Assembly (NCBI GenBank): GCA_002327925.1
Contig: DCVA01000018.1
Location: forward strand, 1 to 27,828
Length of the DNA stretch: 27,828 nucleotides
Reading direction: 5' to 3'
Source: Anaerolineales bacterium UBA2200
GTDB lineage: Bacteria; Chloroflexota; Anaerolineae; UBA2200
Position 1 is the stretch's first letter; each line of letters begins with the position of its first letter. The notes below the pieces were generated by a model that did not search any database, was not told where the DNA came from, and was given only the letters and a program-made list of their open reading frames with translations. Made by a program: the position numbers and the translations under genes. Shown here in pieces: positions 9,619-18,035 of the stretch.

Positions 9619-11622
9619 CTACGCGGCGGTCGTCACTCCGCCATTCTCATCCTTCCGGAACTGCCGCTGGTACAACCCGTAGTACACGCCCTTCTTCTCC
9701 AGCAGGCTGGCGTGCGTCCCCCGCTCCACAATCCTCCCGCCCTCGATCACCAGCACCTGGTCGGCGCTGCGGATGGTGCTGAGCCGGTGGGCGATGACAA
9801 AGCTGGTCCGCCCCTTCAACAGCTTGACCAGGGCGGCCTGGATCAGGCGCTCGGTGCGCGTGTCCACGCTGGAGGTGGCCTCGTCCAGGATCAAAATCCT
9901 GGGGTCGGCCAGGGCGGCGCGGGCGATGGCGATGAGCTGCCTCTGTCCCTGCGACAGCCCGGCTCCGTGCTCGCCCAAAGTCGTGTCGTACCCTTTGGGC
10001 ATGCGCTGGACAAAATCGTCGGCGTGAGCGAGCTGCGCGGCGGCCTTGACCTCGTCGTCCGTCGCCTCGGGGCGGCCAAAGCGGATGTTGTTCAGCACCG
10101 TGTCGCTAAAGAGGAAGGTGTCCTGCAGCACCATGCCGATCTGCCGGCGCAGGGTAGCGGCTTGCACGTCGGCCACGGAGAGGCCGTCGATGCGGATGGC
10201 GCCCTCGGCCACGTCGTAAAAGCGCGGGATGAGGTTGGCGATGGTGGTCTTGCCCGCGCCGGTCTGGCCGACAATGGCCACGGTCTGGCCCGGCTCGGCG
10301 GTGAAACTGACGTCCTTGAGCACCATTTCGCCCGGCACGTAGCCGGCGCAGACGCTCTCGAACTCGACCCTGCCCTGGATGGGCGGCATCTCGACCGCAC
10401 CGGGCCTGTCGGTGACTTCGGGTTTGGTGTCCAGGATCTCAAAGATGCGCTCGGCCCCGGCGACGGCGCTCTGCATGTTGGTCCACATCATGGCGATCTG
10501 CGAAATGGGCTGGTTGAAACGCTGGACATAGGCGATGAAAGTGATGATCAACCCCAGCGAGACAGTGGCGCCAAAGAGGGACTGGCCGCGCAGCAGGGCT
10601 ATGCCGCCGACGATGGTCACGAGGGCAACGGCCACGTAGCCCAGCGCTTCGAGGATCGGATGGAGGGCCGCGGAGAAGGAGACGGCGCGGATGTTCGCGT
10701 CGCGGTTGGCGGCGTTCGAACCGCGGAAGGCGGCGACGTTGGCGTCCTCGCGGCCAAAGGCCTGCACTTCGCGCACGCCGGCGAAACTCTCCTCCAGCGA
10801 GGCGTTGACGCGAGCGATCTCCACACGCGTGACCCGGAAGGCCTTGCGCGCCTGATTGGATATGTAAAGCGTGGCCAGCAGCATCAGCGGAGCGACGGCC
10901 ATGCTGATGAGGCCGTAGACCAGGTTGAGACTGAGCATCTTGACGGCGATCCACACCAGCAGCAGCGTGCTCGACAGCACCTGGACCAGGGCAAAGCTGA
11001 CGGCCTGCTGGATGGTTTCCACGTCGTTGGTGATGCGGCTCATCACCGCCCCGGCTTCCTGCTCGGCGTAGTAGCCCAGGCTGAGACGGTGCAGGTGGCG
11101 GAACACCTCGCTGCGCAGGCGGCGCAGCACGTGCTGGGATGCCCAGGACATCAGGTAGAACATCAGGCCGTTCATGATCGCGCCGGCGGCGTAGAGGGCC
11201 AGCACCAGCAGAACGAGGCGGCCCAGCCCGGCGATATAGTCCTCTGTGGTGGCCGTGGCCGGCAGTGTGGCATACCAGCAGGTCGACTGGCTGGCCCCGT
11301 CTGCGCGGGGCGCAGTAGCGGCCGTAGACCCGCCCATCAACTGCGCCAGCTGCGAAGCTCCCGCGCCCCCCTGCTCCGCCATGCGCGCGGCCATGGCCGG
11401 GGTGACAAAGCAGTCAATGCCCTGACCGGTCAGCTCGGGCGTGCGCACCTGCGTGTAGGTGGCGCCGATCATCAGCACAACCACCAGCGCGAGCACAGCC
11501 AGGAAGGGCCTGAAGTAGACCAGCAGACGGCCCAGGGTCGCGCCGGCGTGTCTGGGCTTGCTCACCTCCTGGGTCATCATGCCCATCGGGCCGCCGGGTC
11601 CGTGTCCTCCACGCATGGCCAT
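9619..11622 (-). CDS. ABC exporter fused permease/ATPase subunit (MsbA/multidrug-type, half-transporter)
   Basis: Six-TM N-terminal region, then NBD with Walker A GQTGAGKTT, signature LSQGQRQ and Walker B ILILDEATS. The start ATG overlaps the upstream gene's stop (TAATG), preceded by AAGGAGG. Confidence 0.9.
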   Translation of the reverse strand: MAMRGGHGPGGPMGMMTQEVSKPRHAGATLGRLLVYFRPFLAVLALVVVLMIGATYTQVRTPELTGQGIDCFVTPAMAARMAEQGGAGASQLAQLMGGSTAATAPRADGASQSTCWYATLPATATTEDYIAGLGRLVLLVLALYAAGAIMNGLMFYLMSWASQHVLRRLRSEVFRHLHRLSLGYYAEQEAGAVMSRITNDVETIQQAVSFALVQVLSSTLLLVWIAVKMLSLNLVYGLISMAVAPLMLLATLYISNQARKAFRVTRVEIARVNASLEESFAGVREVQAFGREDANVAAFRGSNAANRDANIRAVSFSAALHPILEALGYVAVALVTIVGGIALLRGQSLFGATVSLGLIITFIAYVQRFNQPISQIAMMWTNMQSAVAGAERIFEILDTKPEVTDRPGAVEMPPIQGRVEFESVCAGYVPGEMVLKDVSFTAEPGQTVAIVGQTGAGKTTIANLIPRFYDVAEGAIRIDGLSVADVQAATLRRQIGMVLQDTFLFSDTVLNNIRFGRPEATDDEVKAAAQLAHADDFVQRMPKGYDTTLGEHGAGLSQGQRQLIAIARAALADPRILILDEATSSVDTRTERLIQAALVKLLKGRTSFVIAHRLSTIRSADQVLVIEGGRIVERGTHASLLEKKGVYYGLYQRQFRKDENGGVTTAA

Positions 11623-13535
11623 TATTGGACCTCCTTCGCCCCTGGCGCGTCTTCCACCAGCTGCGAGTTGTAGATTTCGGCATAGGCGGGGCTGTTTTCC
11701 AGCAGGTCTTCGTGGCGCCCGCTGGCCACGATCTGCCCCTTGTCCAGCACCAGGATCTGGTCGGCCATGCGCACCGTGCTGATGCGCTGGGCGATGACAA
11801 AGCTGGTGCGGCCCTTCATCAGGTGGGTCAGGGTCTGCTGGATCTCGTACTCGGTGACGGCATCGACCGAGCTGGTCGAGTCGTCCAGGATGAGAATGCG
11901 CGGGTCCATCAGCAGGGCGCGGGCGATGGCCACGCGCTGCTTCTGGCCGCCGCTCAGCGTCGTCCCGCGTTCGCCGACGCGCGTGTCATAGCCCTGAGGA
12001 AAGCTCATGACAAAGTCGTGCGCCAGGGCCGCTTTGGCCACGGCGATGACCTCGTCCAGGGTCGCCTGTGGGCGGCCGAAGGCGATGTTCTCGCGGATCG
12101 TGCCGCTGAACAGGGTCGTATCCTGCAGCACGATGCCGATTTGCGAGCGCAGCGAGTCCAGGCACACGTCGCGTATGTCGTGGCCATCGATGAGCACCGC
12201 ACCCGAGCTCGCATCGTAAAAGCGCGGGATCAGGTTGATGATGCTGGACTTGCCTGAACCCGTAGCGCCCAGCAGGGCCACGGTCTGGCCTGGTTCGGCC
12301 ACAAAATCGACGTCCTTCAGCACAGGCTCGCCTGAGCCAAAGTAGCTAAAGCTGACCTTCTTGAACTCGACGCGGCCCTCCACGGGCGGCAGGTTCTGGG
12401 CGTCGGGCTTGTTCACCACGTCGCTTTTGGCGTCCAGTATCTCAAAGACGCGCCTGGCCGAGGCGCTGGCCATGGCCATCTGGTTGATGATCATGCCCAG
12501 CATGCCCAGGGGGAAGAACACGTACATCAGGTACATGGTGAACTTTTGCCATTCGCCCAGAGTCAGCGTGCCCAGGATCATCTGGCGCCCGCCAAAGTAC
12601 TGCAGGGCGGCCTGGCCCAGGTTCATGATCAGAAAGACCAGCGGAAAGATGAAGGAAAAGATGCGCGAGACCTTGATGTGCTGCTGCATCAGCGAGTCGG
12701 CGGCGGAGTCAAAGCGCGCCTGCTGTTCCGGCTCGCGGGCAAAGGCCTTGATTACCTTGATGCCGGCCAGGTTTTCCTGCAGGATGGTGTTGAGGTGCGC
12801 CATGCGGGCCTGCACCTCGCGGAAGAGCGGAGCGGCCATCCCCGAAAAGACGCCAAAGATCAGCATGGCCACGGGCAGGAGAGGCAGCACCACCAGAGCC
12901 AGCCGGGCGTTGGTGGCAAAGAGCAGCACGAGGCTGGCCACCAGCATCACCACGGCCTGGGTCATCATCAGCAGGCCCTGGCTGATGTAAATGCGCACCT
13001 TTTCCACGTCGTCGGTGGCGCGCACCATGAGCTGGCCGGTCTGATTCTGGTCGTGATAGCTGAAGGATAAACGCTGGATCTTGCTGAACAGGTCGTTGCG
13101 AAAGTCAAAGGCCACGCTCTGCGAGACCCGCTCGGACATGTAGGTCTGGGCATAGGCGAAGAAGGCGCGGGCCACGGCAAAGGCCACGATCAGCCAGCCG
13201 GCGTTGATCAGGGCCGACTCGGCGCCAGCGCCATAGCTGGCGTACTGCTCGGCGGTCCAGCCCAGCTTTTGCAGGGCCAGGGGCAGAAAGGCCGCGGGAA
13301 TCCCGGCCAGTTGTTTGGCCACCACGCCGTTGGTCACGGCGTTGATGATGCGCTGCATGAGCTGGGGAACCATCAGCATCGCCCCTGTGGCGATGAACAG
13401 CGACAGGTAGGCCAGCAGAGTGTACTTCTTGTAGTGGCCCAGGTAGCGGATGGCGCGGCCCAGCGCGGGGGGCTGTCTTTCGCCCTTCGCGGGGCGGGTT
13501 CGACGGTGGGCCATGCGGGTTGCGAATGATGTCAC
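11622..13535 (-). CDS. ABC exporter fused permease/ATPase subunit, partner of the downstream half-transporter (heterodimeric exporter)
   Basis: ORF 11622..13565. Motifs: Walker A GATGSGKSS, signature LSGGQKQR, Walker B LILDDSTS. The start is ambiguous: GTG at 13535 lies 4 nt after GGAGGT, with alternatives ATG 13514 or GTG 13565. Confidence 0.88.
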   Translation of the reverse strand: MTSFATRMAHRRTRPAKGERQPPALGRAIRYLGHYKKYTLLAYLSLFIATGAMLMVPQLMQRIINAVTNGVVAKQLAGIPAAFLPLALQKLGWTAEQYASYGAGAESALINAGWLIVAFAVARAFFAYAQTYMSERVSQSVAFDFRNDLFSKIQRLSFSYHDQNQTGQLMVRATDDVEKVRIYISQGLLMMTQAVVMLVASLVLLFATNARLALVVLPLLPVAMLIFGVFSGMAAPLFREVQARMAHLNTILQENLAGIKVIKAFAREPEQQARFDSAADSLMQQHIKVSRIFSFIFPLVFLIMNLGQAALQYFGGRQMILGTLTLGEWQKFTMYLMYVFFPLGMLGMIINQMAMASASARRVFEILDAKSDVVNKPDAQNLPPVEGRVEFKKVSFSYFGSGEPVLKDVDFVAEPGQTVALLGATGSGKSSIINLIPRFYDASSGAVLIDGHDIRDVCLDSLRSQIGIVLQDTTLFSGTIRENIAFGRPQATLDEVIAVAKAALAHDFVMSFPQGYDTRVGERGTTLSGGQKQRVAIARALLMDPRILILDDSTSSVDAVTEYEIQQTLTHLMKGRTSFVIAQRISTVRMADQILVLDKGQIVASGRHEDLLENSPAYAEIYNSQLVEDAPGAKEVQ

Positions 13536-13548
13536 GTGTACCTCCGAA

Positions 13549-14097
13549 CTAGACGGATCGGGCACAGCCGAGGCTGGCGAAGAGGGAGCGGCACAGCTTG
13601 TCCAACACGGTGATGGCCAGCTCGCGCTCGTGGCCGGTGAGACTGGAGGCCAGCTCGTTGAGCTGCCTCATGCGGTCCGGGGCTTTGGTCTGCACCAGGC
13701 TCCGCCCGGCGGGAGTGAGCTGGATGCGGAAGAGGCGCAGGTCGGCCGCATCGAGGGCGCGCTCGATCAGCCCCTGCTCCTCCAGACCGCGCAGCAGAGA
13801 GCTGATGGTGTTCTTGGAGACGTTCTGGAAGCGGCTGAGGGCGGTAGGCGTAAGGCCGCTCCGGCCGCCGTGCCGCTCTTCGACAAAAAGGCGCAGCAGC
13901 AGGCCGAAGCGAGCCGCAGAGACGGCCTCATCGCCCGAGGCGCGGTTCTCCAGGGCATCGCTCAGGTTGGCGGCCATGCGCAGCAGCGAGATCAGCTCGA
14001 TGCCGCTGACGTCGTCCAGGCCGGTCATCTGGCGCACGTGCTCGCGCATTTCGTAGCGCTGCGGGGTCATGTGGTTGGGTCTCTGGCTGGGGTCCAT
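13549..14097 (-). CDS. MarR-family transcriptional regulator, first gene of the marR-ABC-ABC operon
   Basis: ORF 13549..14298. The internal ATG at 14097 is preceded by CAGGAG-N7. The winged-helix region is KNTISSLLRGLEEQGLIERALDAADLRLFRIQLTPAGR. Its stop lies 13 nt before the ABC gene start. Confidence 0.85.
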   Translation of the reverse strand: MDPSQRPNHMTPQRYEMREHVRQMTGLDDVSGIELISLLRMAANLSDALENRASGDEAVSAARFGLLLRLFVEERHGGRSGLTPTALSRFQNVSKNTISSLLRGLEEQGLIERALDAADLRLFRIQLTPAGRSLVQTKAPDRMRQLNELASSLTGHERELAITVLDKLCRSLFASLGCARSV

Positions 14098-14125
14098 GGG
14101 TTCGCTCCTGTTTGTTAGGCGCGGA

Positions 14126-14154
14126 ACTGTACCACATCGTACTAATTTTGTCAA
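14126..14154 (-). promoter_or_regulatory. promoter of the marR-ABC operon (minus strand TTGACA-17-TACAGT), with GTAC-N6-GTAC repeat in the spacer as a possible MarR operator
   Basis: Minus-strand read: cacTTGACAaaattagtacgatgtggTACAGTtcc, then CAGGAG-N7-ATG. Confidence 0.4.
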
Positions 14155-14167
14155 GTGAAGGGGGTTC

Positions 14168-14584
14168 CTTGACACCTGCCCTCCGACGGGCCACAATGGC
14201 GGCACTATGGACGAAACCGCACTCACTTCCACTCTGGACCGCACCATCACCCTCAGCGCCCTCTCGATGGACGAGGCGCGGGAGCAGGCCAGGGCCATGC
14301 TCGCCCCAATGGTGGAGGTGCAGTACCTGGCGCCTTCGCTCTACTCCTTCACGCTGGGCCCGAAGCGGGTCTACAACCTGGTGCGCACCTGGGGCGGCCA
14401 CGGGCAGAGGGTGGAAGAGTTCTATGCACCTGCCGGCATTGCTCTGGATCAGGCCGGAAGGGTCTATGTGACGGACAACGGGCTGTACATGAGCAAGAGC
14501 GGCACGCTCAAGCAGCCCTACTCGCGCGTGGTCAAGTTCGACGCCAACGGGCGCTGGCTGGCCATGTGGGGCGAGCGCGGCGAG
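14168..14584 (+). repeat. copy 1 of duplicated promoter plus 5' coding blocks of the NHL paralogs (144 bp + 273 bp at ~99% identity to 21893-22036 and 22370-22642)
   Basis: Direct visual alignment gives 2 mismatches in 144 bp and 3 in 273 bp. Downstream of 14584 the identity falls to roughly 60-70%. Confidence 0.85.
14169..14197 (+). promoter_or_regulatory. promoter of NHL paralog copy 1 (TTGACA-17-CACAAT), essentially leaderless
   Basis: TTGACA at 14169-14174, a 17-nt spacer, CACAAT at 14192-14197 and the ATG at 14207. There is no SD. The element is duplicated at 21894-21922. Confidence 0.4.
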
Positions 14585-15288
14585 CGAGAGGAGCAACTGC
14601 TCGAAGCGCAGGGCCTGGCCATCGACGCAGCGGGCAACGTATGGGTCGCCGATGGCGGCTCGGGCAAGATCGTCGTGTACGAGGCCCGGATGAGGTGAGT
14701 GCGCTCCTTTGGCAGCAAGGGCAGCGGTGAGGGGCAGTTCTCCGGCGGCACGCTGCACGTGGCCCTGGCGCCGGGCGCGAACGTGTATGTGTCGGACCGC
14801 ATGGCCCACCGCGTGCTGCGCTTTACCCGTGAGGGCGAGTACGTGGGCTGCTGGGGCGAGCGGGGCAAGGGCGAAGCGCAACTCGAGCGCCCCGAGGCCA
14901 TTGCCGTCGACTCGCAGGGTACGGTCTATGTGGCCGATGGCGGCAACGACCGCATCTGCAAATTCACCGCCGACGGCACCTATCTCGGCCAGTGGGGCGG
15001 TCGCGGACCTGCGGGGGCGTCGGCCAAGGATATGCCGGACGGCAGTCTGGCCGTGCCCAAGGGCATCCGCTTTGACCGGGCCGACTTCCTGTATGTGGTC
15101 TCGGCGGGCATCCCGGTCAAGTCCCCAGCGGGGGGCGGTTCCTGGCGCGCTGGTACACGTTCAAGCCCACGACGCGGTCGAGCACCAATCCGCTGGATGT
15201 GGCGGTGGATGGGGCGGGGCGGGTGTACGTGCCAGAGGGGAGCCGCAAGCTGGTGGAGAAGTACGAGCAGGGGGCGCTTGACAGATAG
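14207..15288 (+). pseudogene. NHL-repeat (six-bladed beta-propeller) protein paralog, disrupted by an in-frame TGA at 14696-14698 and a frameshift near the G6 run at ~15125
   Basis: ORFs 14207..14698 and 14699..15343 are in the same frame, separated only by TGA. The C-terminal homology to copy 2 (ARWYTFKPTTRSSTNPLDVAVDGAGRVYVPEGSRKLVEKYE versus ARWATYQPKNQPLSNPVDVAVGGAGRVYLLEASRKLVEVYE) continues in a different frame, ending at TAG 15286-15288. Confidence 0.5.
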
Positions 15289-15306
15289 GCTAGAGTCTAC
15301 TAGAAT
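15278..15306 (+). promoter_or_regulatory. promoter of the toxin-antitoxin operon (TTGACA-17-TAGAAT), followed by TACTAG/CTAGTA inverted repeat (15310-15326), a likely autoregulatory operator
   Basis: TTGACA at 15278-15283, a 17-nt spacer and TAGAAT at 15301-15306. The imperfect direct repeats AGAGTCTACTAG / GGAGACTGCTAG and the inverted repeat lie between the -10 and the RBS AAAGGAG. Confidence 0.4.
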
Positions 15307-15342
15307 CGTCTGGAGACTGCTAGTATCAAAAGGAGTCGACTG

Positions 15343-15657
15343 ATGACCGATGCCAAACCGATCCTCACGCCGGATGAAGTGGCGGAATATCTGCGCCTGG
15401 CGCCGGACACGGTGTACCGGTATATCCGCCAGGGCAAGCTCGTTGCCTCGCGTTTGGGGCGGCAGTACCGGGTGACCCGTGAGAGCGTCGAGCTGTTCCT
15501 TGTGAACTCTGAGACGGCAAGGCGCGTCGAACCGGTGCGAGTGGTGGCTGAGGAGATACCCGTGTACTCCCTTTCCGAGCTGTTGGAGGGCCTGACCGAA
15601 GACAATCGTCACGAGGAGACGCAGATGGGTCCCGCTGTGGGGGCCGAGGTATGGTGA
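15343..15657 (+). CDS. antitoxin: N-terminal excisionase-type HTH (HTH_17-like) fused to a MazE/PemI-like C-terminal toxin-binding tail
   Basis: RBS AAAGGAG lies 7 nt upstream. LTPDEVAEYLRLAPDTVYRYIRQGKLVASRLGRQYRV is an excisionase-family HTH. The C-terminal SELLEGLTEDNRHEETQMGPAVGAEVW resembles the acidic MazE/PemI tail. The gene overlaps the toxin gene by 7 nt. Confidence 0.75.
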   Translation: MTDAKPILTPDEVAEYLRLAPDTVYRYIRQGKLVASRLGRQYRVTRESVELFLVNSETARRVEPVRVVAEEIPVYSLSELLEGLTEDNRHEETQMGPAVGAEVW

Positions 15658-15995
15658 TTGGCAAATCTTCTGTCCCCGAGCGCGGCGACATCGTCTGGTT
15701 GGATTTCGATCCCCAGGCGGGGCACGAGCAGGCCGGGCGCCGACCCGCGCTGGTACTTTCTCCTGCCGAGTACAACGGCAAGGCCAGCCTAGCCATCGTG
15801 TGCCCGATTACGAGTCAGGTTAAGGGTTATAACCTGGAGGTGAGCCTGCCGCACGGTTTGCCAGTGCAGGGAGTGGTGCTCTCCGACCACATCAGGAGTG
15901 CGGATTGGCGGATCAGAAGGGCAGAACTGATCTGCCGCGCGCCGCGGACCGTCCTGCTCGCGGTACTTGGTCGGGTGCGCACGCTGCTATTCTAG
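15651..15995 (+). CDS. MazF/PemK-family endoribonuclease toxin
   Basis: RGDIVWLDFDPQAGHEQAGRRPALVLSPAEYN is the hallmark PemK/MazF N-terminal motif. The product is 114 aa and the gene overlaps the antitoxin by 7 nt. Confidence 0.8.
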   Translation: MVIGKSSVPERGDIVWLDFDPQAGHEQAGRRPALVLSPAEYNGKASLAIVCPITSQVKGYNLEVSLPHGLPVQGVVLSDHIRSADWRIRRAELICRAPRTVLLAVLGRVRTLLF

Positions 15996-16108
15996 ACCGG
16001 AGAATTCGGCGCGCAGTGGCGGAGGACACGCACAAGGCTGACCTGGCGCTGAACCTCGCGACGGCCGCGGTGGTATGGATGGGTGACGCGCAGGATCAAG
16101 GAGGCAAC

Positions 16109-16717
16109 GTGGCACCTGTCACCCGCCGGAGACGTGTCGGCGTTCTCACCGTTCTGATGTGCTTTCTACTGCTGGCCGCGTGCGGCCAGACCGTGGCCGA
16201 TTCCCCTACCCCACCCCCGCCCACGCCGACCCCTACGGTCGTCCCGTGGTCGCCACTGCCGAGCACCCCGGTCCCATCGAGATCTCGTACATCGACAACT
16301 CTGGCTTTTTGATCGTGGGCGGCGGCAAAAAGGTGCTGATCGATGCGCACCACCTCGCCGTGCCGGAGGACATCCGCAAGGCCATAGAGACCGCAAGGCC
16401 GCCGTTCGACGACGTGGACCTGATCGTGATCACTCACAACCACGCCAACCGCACAGAACGTGGGCTTTGTCCTGCATCTGGCGGGGAAGAAGCTGCTGCA
16501 CACGGGGGACATCCTCAATACCGCCCAGTTGGCCCCGTACGACCTGCAGGATGACCACCTCGACGTGGCCTTTTTCGAGGTAGTGTGGCTGATGGAGAAG
16601 GCGTATCCCAGGAACGGGATCGCCGCGATTGTCAACATCCTCGGAGCGGAGTGGATCGTGCCCATGCACCCGTCGCCGTACCGGTTCGGGTCGGAGGAAC
16701 TGATGGCCACGCTGTAG
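16109..16717 (+). pseudogene. decayed lipoprotein MBL-fold (Lactamase_B_3-like) metallo-hydrolase: two frame changes and an internal ~80-aa deletion
   Basis: AAGGAGG-N4-GTG at 16109 opens a lipoprotein signal (RRRRVGVLTVLMCFLLLAACG), followed by a PT linker. The MBL core (EISYIDNSGFLIVGGGKKVLIDAH...DLIVITHNHAN) continues in a second frame. The GFVLHLAGKKLLHTGD...PMHP segment is in a third frame, only ~5 codons after the HxH motif. ORFs 15905..16312, 16159..16554 and 16460..16717 cover it. Confidence 0.5.
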
Positions 16718-16854
16718 CAGCAATACCCGAAGAGTCTGCTCTTTCGCGCCCCGCTGGAGCCGCTGGTCGTGCCCCAGGAGGGAAGGGAGGGGGGGTCCGC
16801 CAGGCTGTCGGCGCCCCACACGGGTGCATTGGCCTCCACGAGGAGGTCTGTAGC

Positions 16855-16883
16855 TTGCCTACCCTCGGGAGGCGGTGTAGAAT
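16855..16883 (+). promoter_or_regulatory. promoter of the ATPase-TOPRIM operon (TTGCCT-17-TAGAAT)
   Basis: TTGCCT at 16855-16860, a 17-nt spacer and TAGAAT at 16878-16883. A ~65-nt leader follows, then AAGGGAGG and the ATG at 16956. Confidence 0.35.
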
Positions 16884-16955
16884 AGCCTCGGCGAAGCTGA
16901 ACCTGCGCCCTCGCGGTCCGATGTGGGCGCAACTGCCCGGAGCAAGGGAGGCAAG

Positions 16956-18035
16956 ATGTACACGTCGTTTACCGTCCGCAACTACCGGTGCTTTGAGGAG
17001 CTGGAGCTAACCGGCCTCAAGCGCATCAATCTGGTAGCGGGCCGCAACAACGTGGGCAAGACCGCGTTGTTGGAAGCGTTGTTTCTACATATTGGGGCCT
17101 ACAACCCCACCCTGGCGCTGAAGGTTGAAGCGTTTCGCGGTCTCGAGTTCATCAAGGTAGAACTGACTAGCTGGGCTGAGGCACCCTGGAGCTCGTTGTT
17201 TCCCGATTTTGATTCGGCCAAGACGATCGAGCTCGTTGGCCGTGACACCTCACGCGGCAGAAGCTCGGTTCGAATCAGCGTGCCGGACCAGGAGCCGCAG
17301 GTGGCGCCCGTGCCAGACGCCGGGCCGAGCGCCTACGCATTCGTTCGAGACGAACCTGCTGGCTATGAACGGTTCCCGGCTCTGCTGCTGGAGCACAAGG
17401 GACCCAGGGATAGCCAGACCTATCAGCTGAGATTAGGGCCTGACCTTCAGGTTCGACCGACCCCGCCACCTCCCCCCTTCCCCGGAGTCTTTCTCGGGGC
17501 CAGGAATCGCGTGCCTCCGTCTGAAGATGCGCGGCGATTCAACGACTTGCAGATGGCTGGTCGCGAGCACGTGGTTCTGCCGGCCCTTCGGCTGCTAGAA
17601 CCTCGCCTGAAGCGCCTGACTCTGGGGATCACCCGAGGCGTGACCACCCTGCACGGCGATATTGGCCTCAGCCGGCTGCTCCCCTTGCCAGATATGGGCG
17701 AGGGCATGGTGCGCGCCGCAAGTCTCGTGCTGGCCATCGCCAGCTCCCCGGGCGGCGTTGTACTGATTGACGAGATCGAGAACGGCCTTCACCACTCGCT
17801 GCTCGGCCCCATCTGGCATGCGCTTGGTGAGGTGTGTGCGGCCGCGGATGTGCAACTTTTCGCCACCACGCACAGCTGGGAGAACATCGTGGCCGCACAC
17901 GACATCCTGGGCCGTGGGCGCGAGGCAGTACTGGAGCTGATGAGACTGGACCGGGTCGACGGTTCGATCAGAGCTGTCCGGTACTCACCACGCCTGCTCC
18001 AGGCGGCCATCGAGGGTGCCGTGGAGGTAAGATGA
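16956..18035 (+). CDS. ABC-type/AAA_21-like ATPase (OLD/AriA/PtuA-like) of a two-gene candidate defence module
   Basis: ORF 16923..18035. The ATG at 16956 follows AAGGGAGG. Motifs: Walker A GRNNVGKT, Walker B VVLIDEIENGLHH and H-loop ATTHSWE. An insert-rich middle region separates the two ATPase lobes, as in OLD/AriA-type ABC ATPases. There is no TM segment and no nuclease domain. Confidence 0.8.
   Translation: MYTSFTVRNYRCFEELELTGLKRINLVAGRNNVGKTALLEALFLHIGAYNPTLALKVEAFRGLEFIKVELTSWAEAPWSSLFPDFDSAKTIELVGRDTSRGRSSVRISVPDQEPQVAPVPDAGPSAYAFVRDEPAGYERFPALLLEHKGPRDSQTYQLRLGPDLQVRPTPPPPPFPGVFLGARNRVPPSEDARRFNDLQMAGREHVVLPALRLLEPRLKRLTLGITRGVTTLHGDIGLSRLLPLPDMGEGMVRAASLVLAIASSPGGVVLIDEIENGLHHSLLGPIWHALGEVCAAADVQLFATTHSWENIVAAHDILGRGREAVLELMRLDRVDGSIRAVRYSPRLLQAAIEGAVEVR

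Noticed and set aside
9712-11673. 653-aa + strand ORF
   Set aside because: It is antisense to the ABC transporter gene, whose Walker/signature motifs identify the real coding strand. It is Arg/Gly/Ala/His-rich low-complexity, typical of spurious antisense ORFs in high-GC DNA.
14696-14698. In-frame TGA in NHL copy 1 as selenocysteine or programmed readthrough
   Set aside because: No SECIS-like hairpin follows. The paralog has Pro at this position. A frameshift further downstream also disrupts the gene. Pseudogene or sequencing error is the simpler explanation.
15343-15657. Excisionase (Xis) of an integrated mobile element
   Set aside because: The HTH_17 domain is fused to a MazE-like tail and is operonic with a MazF toxin. 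No integrase, att-like repeats or tRNA target were found in the window.
16096-16932. 278-aa minus-strand ORF across the MBL remnant and ATPase promoter
   Set aside because: It has no recognisable domain. It is antisense to the homologous MBL fragments and overlaps a promoter and RBS on the other strand.
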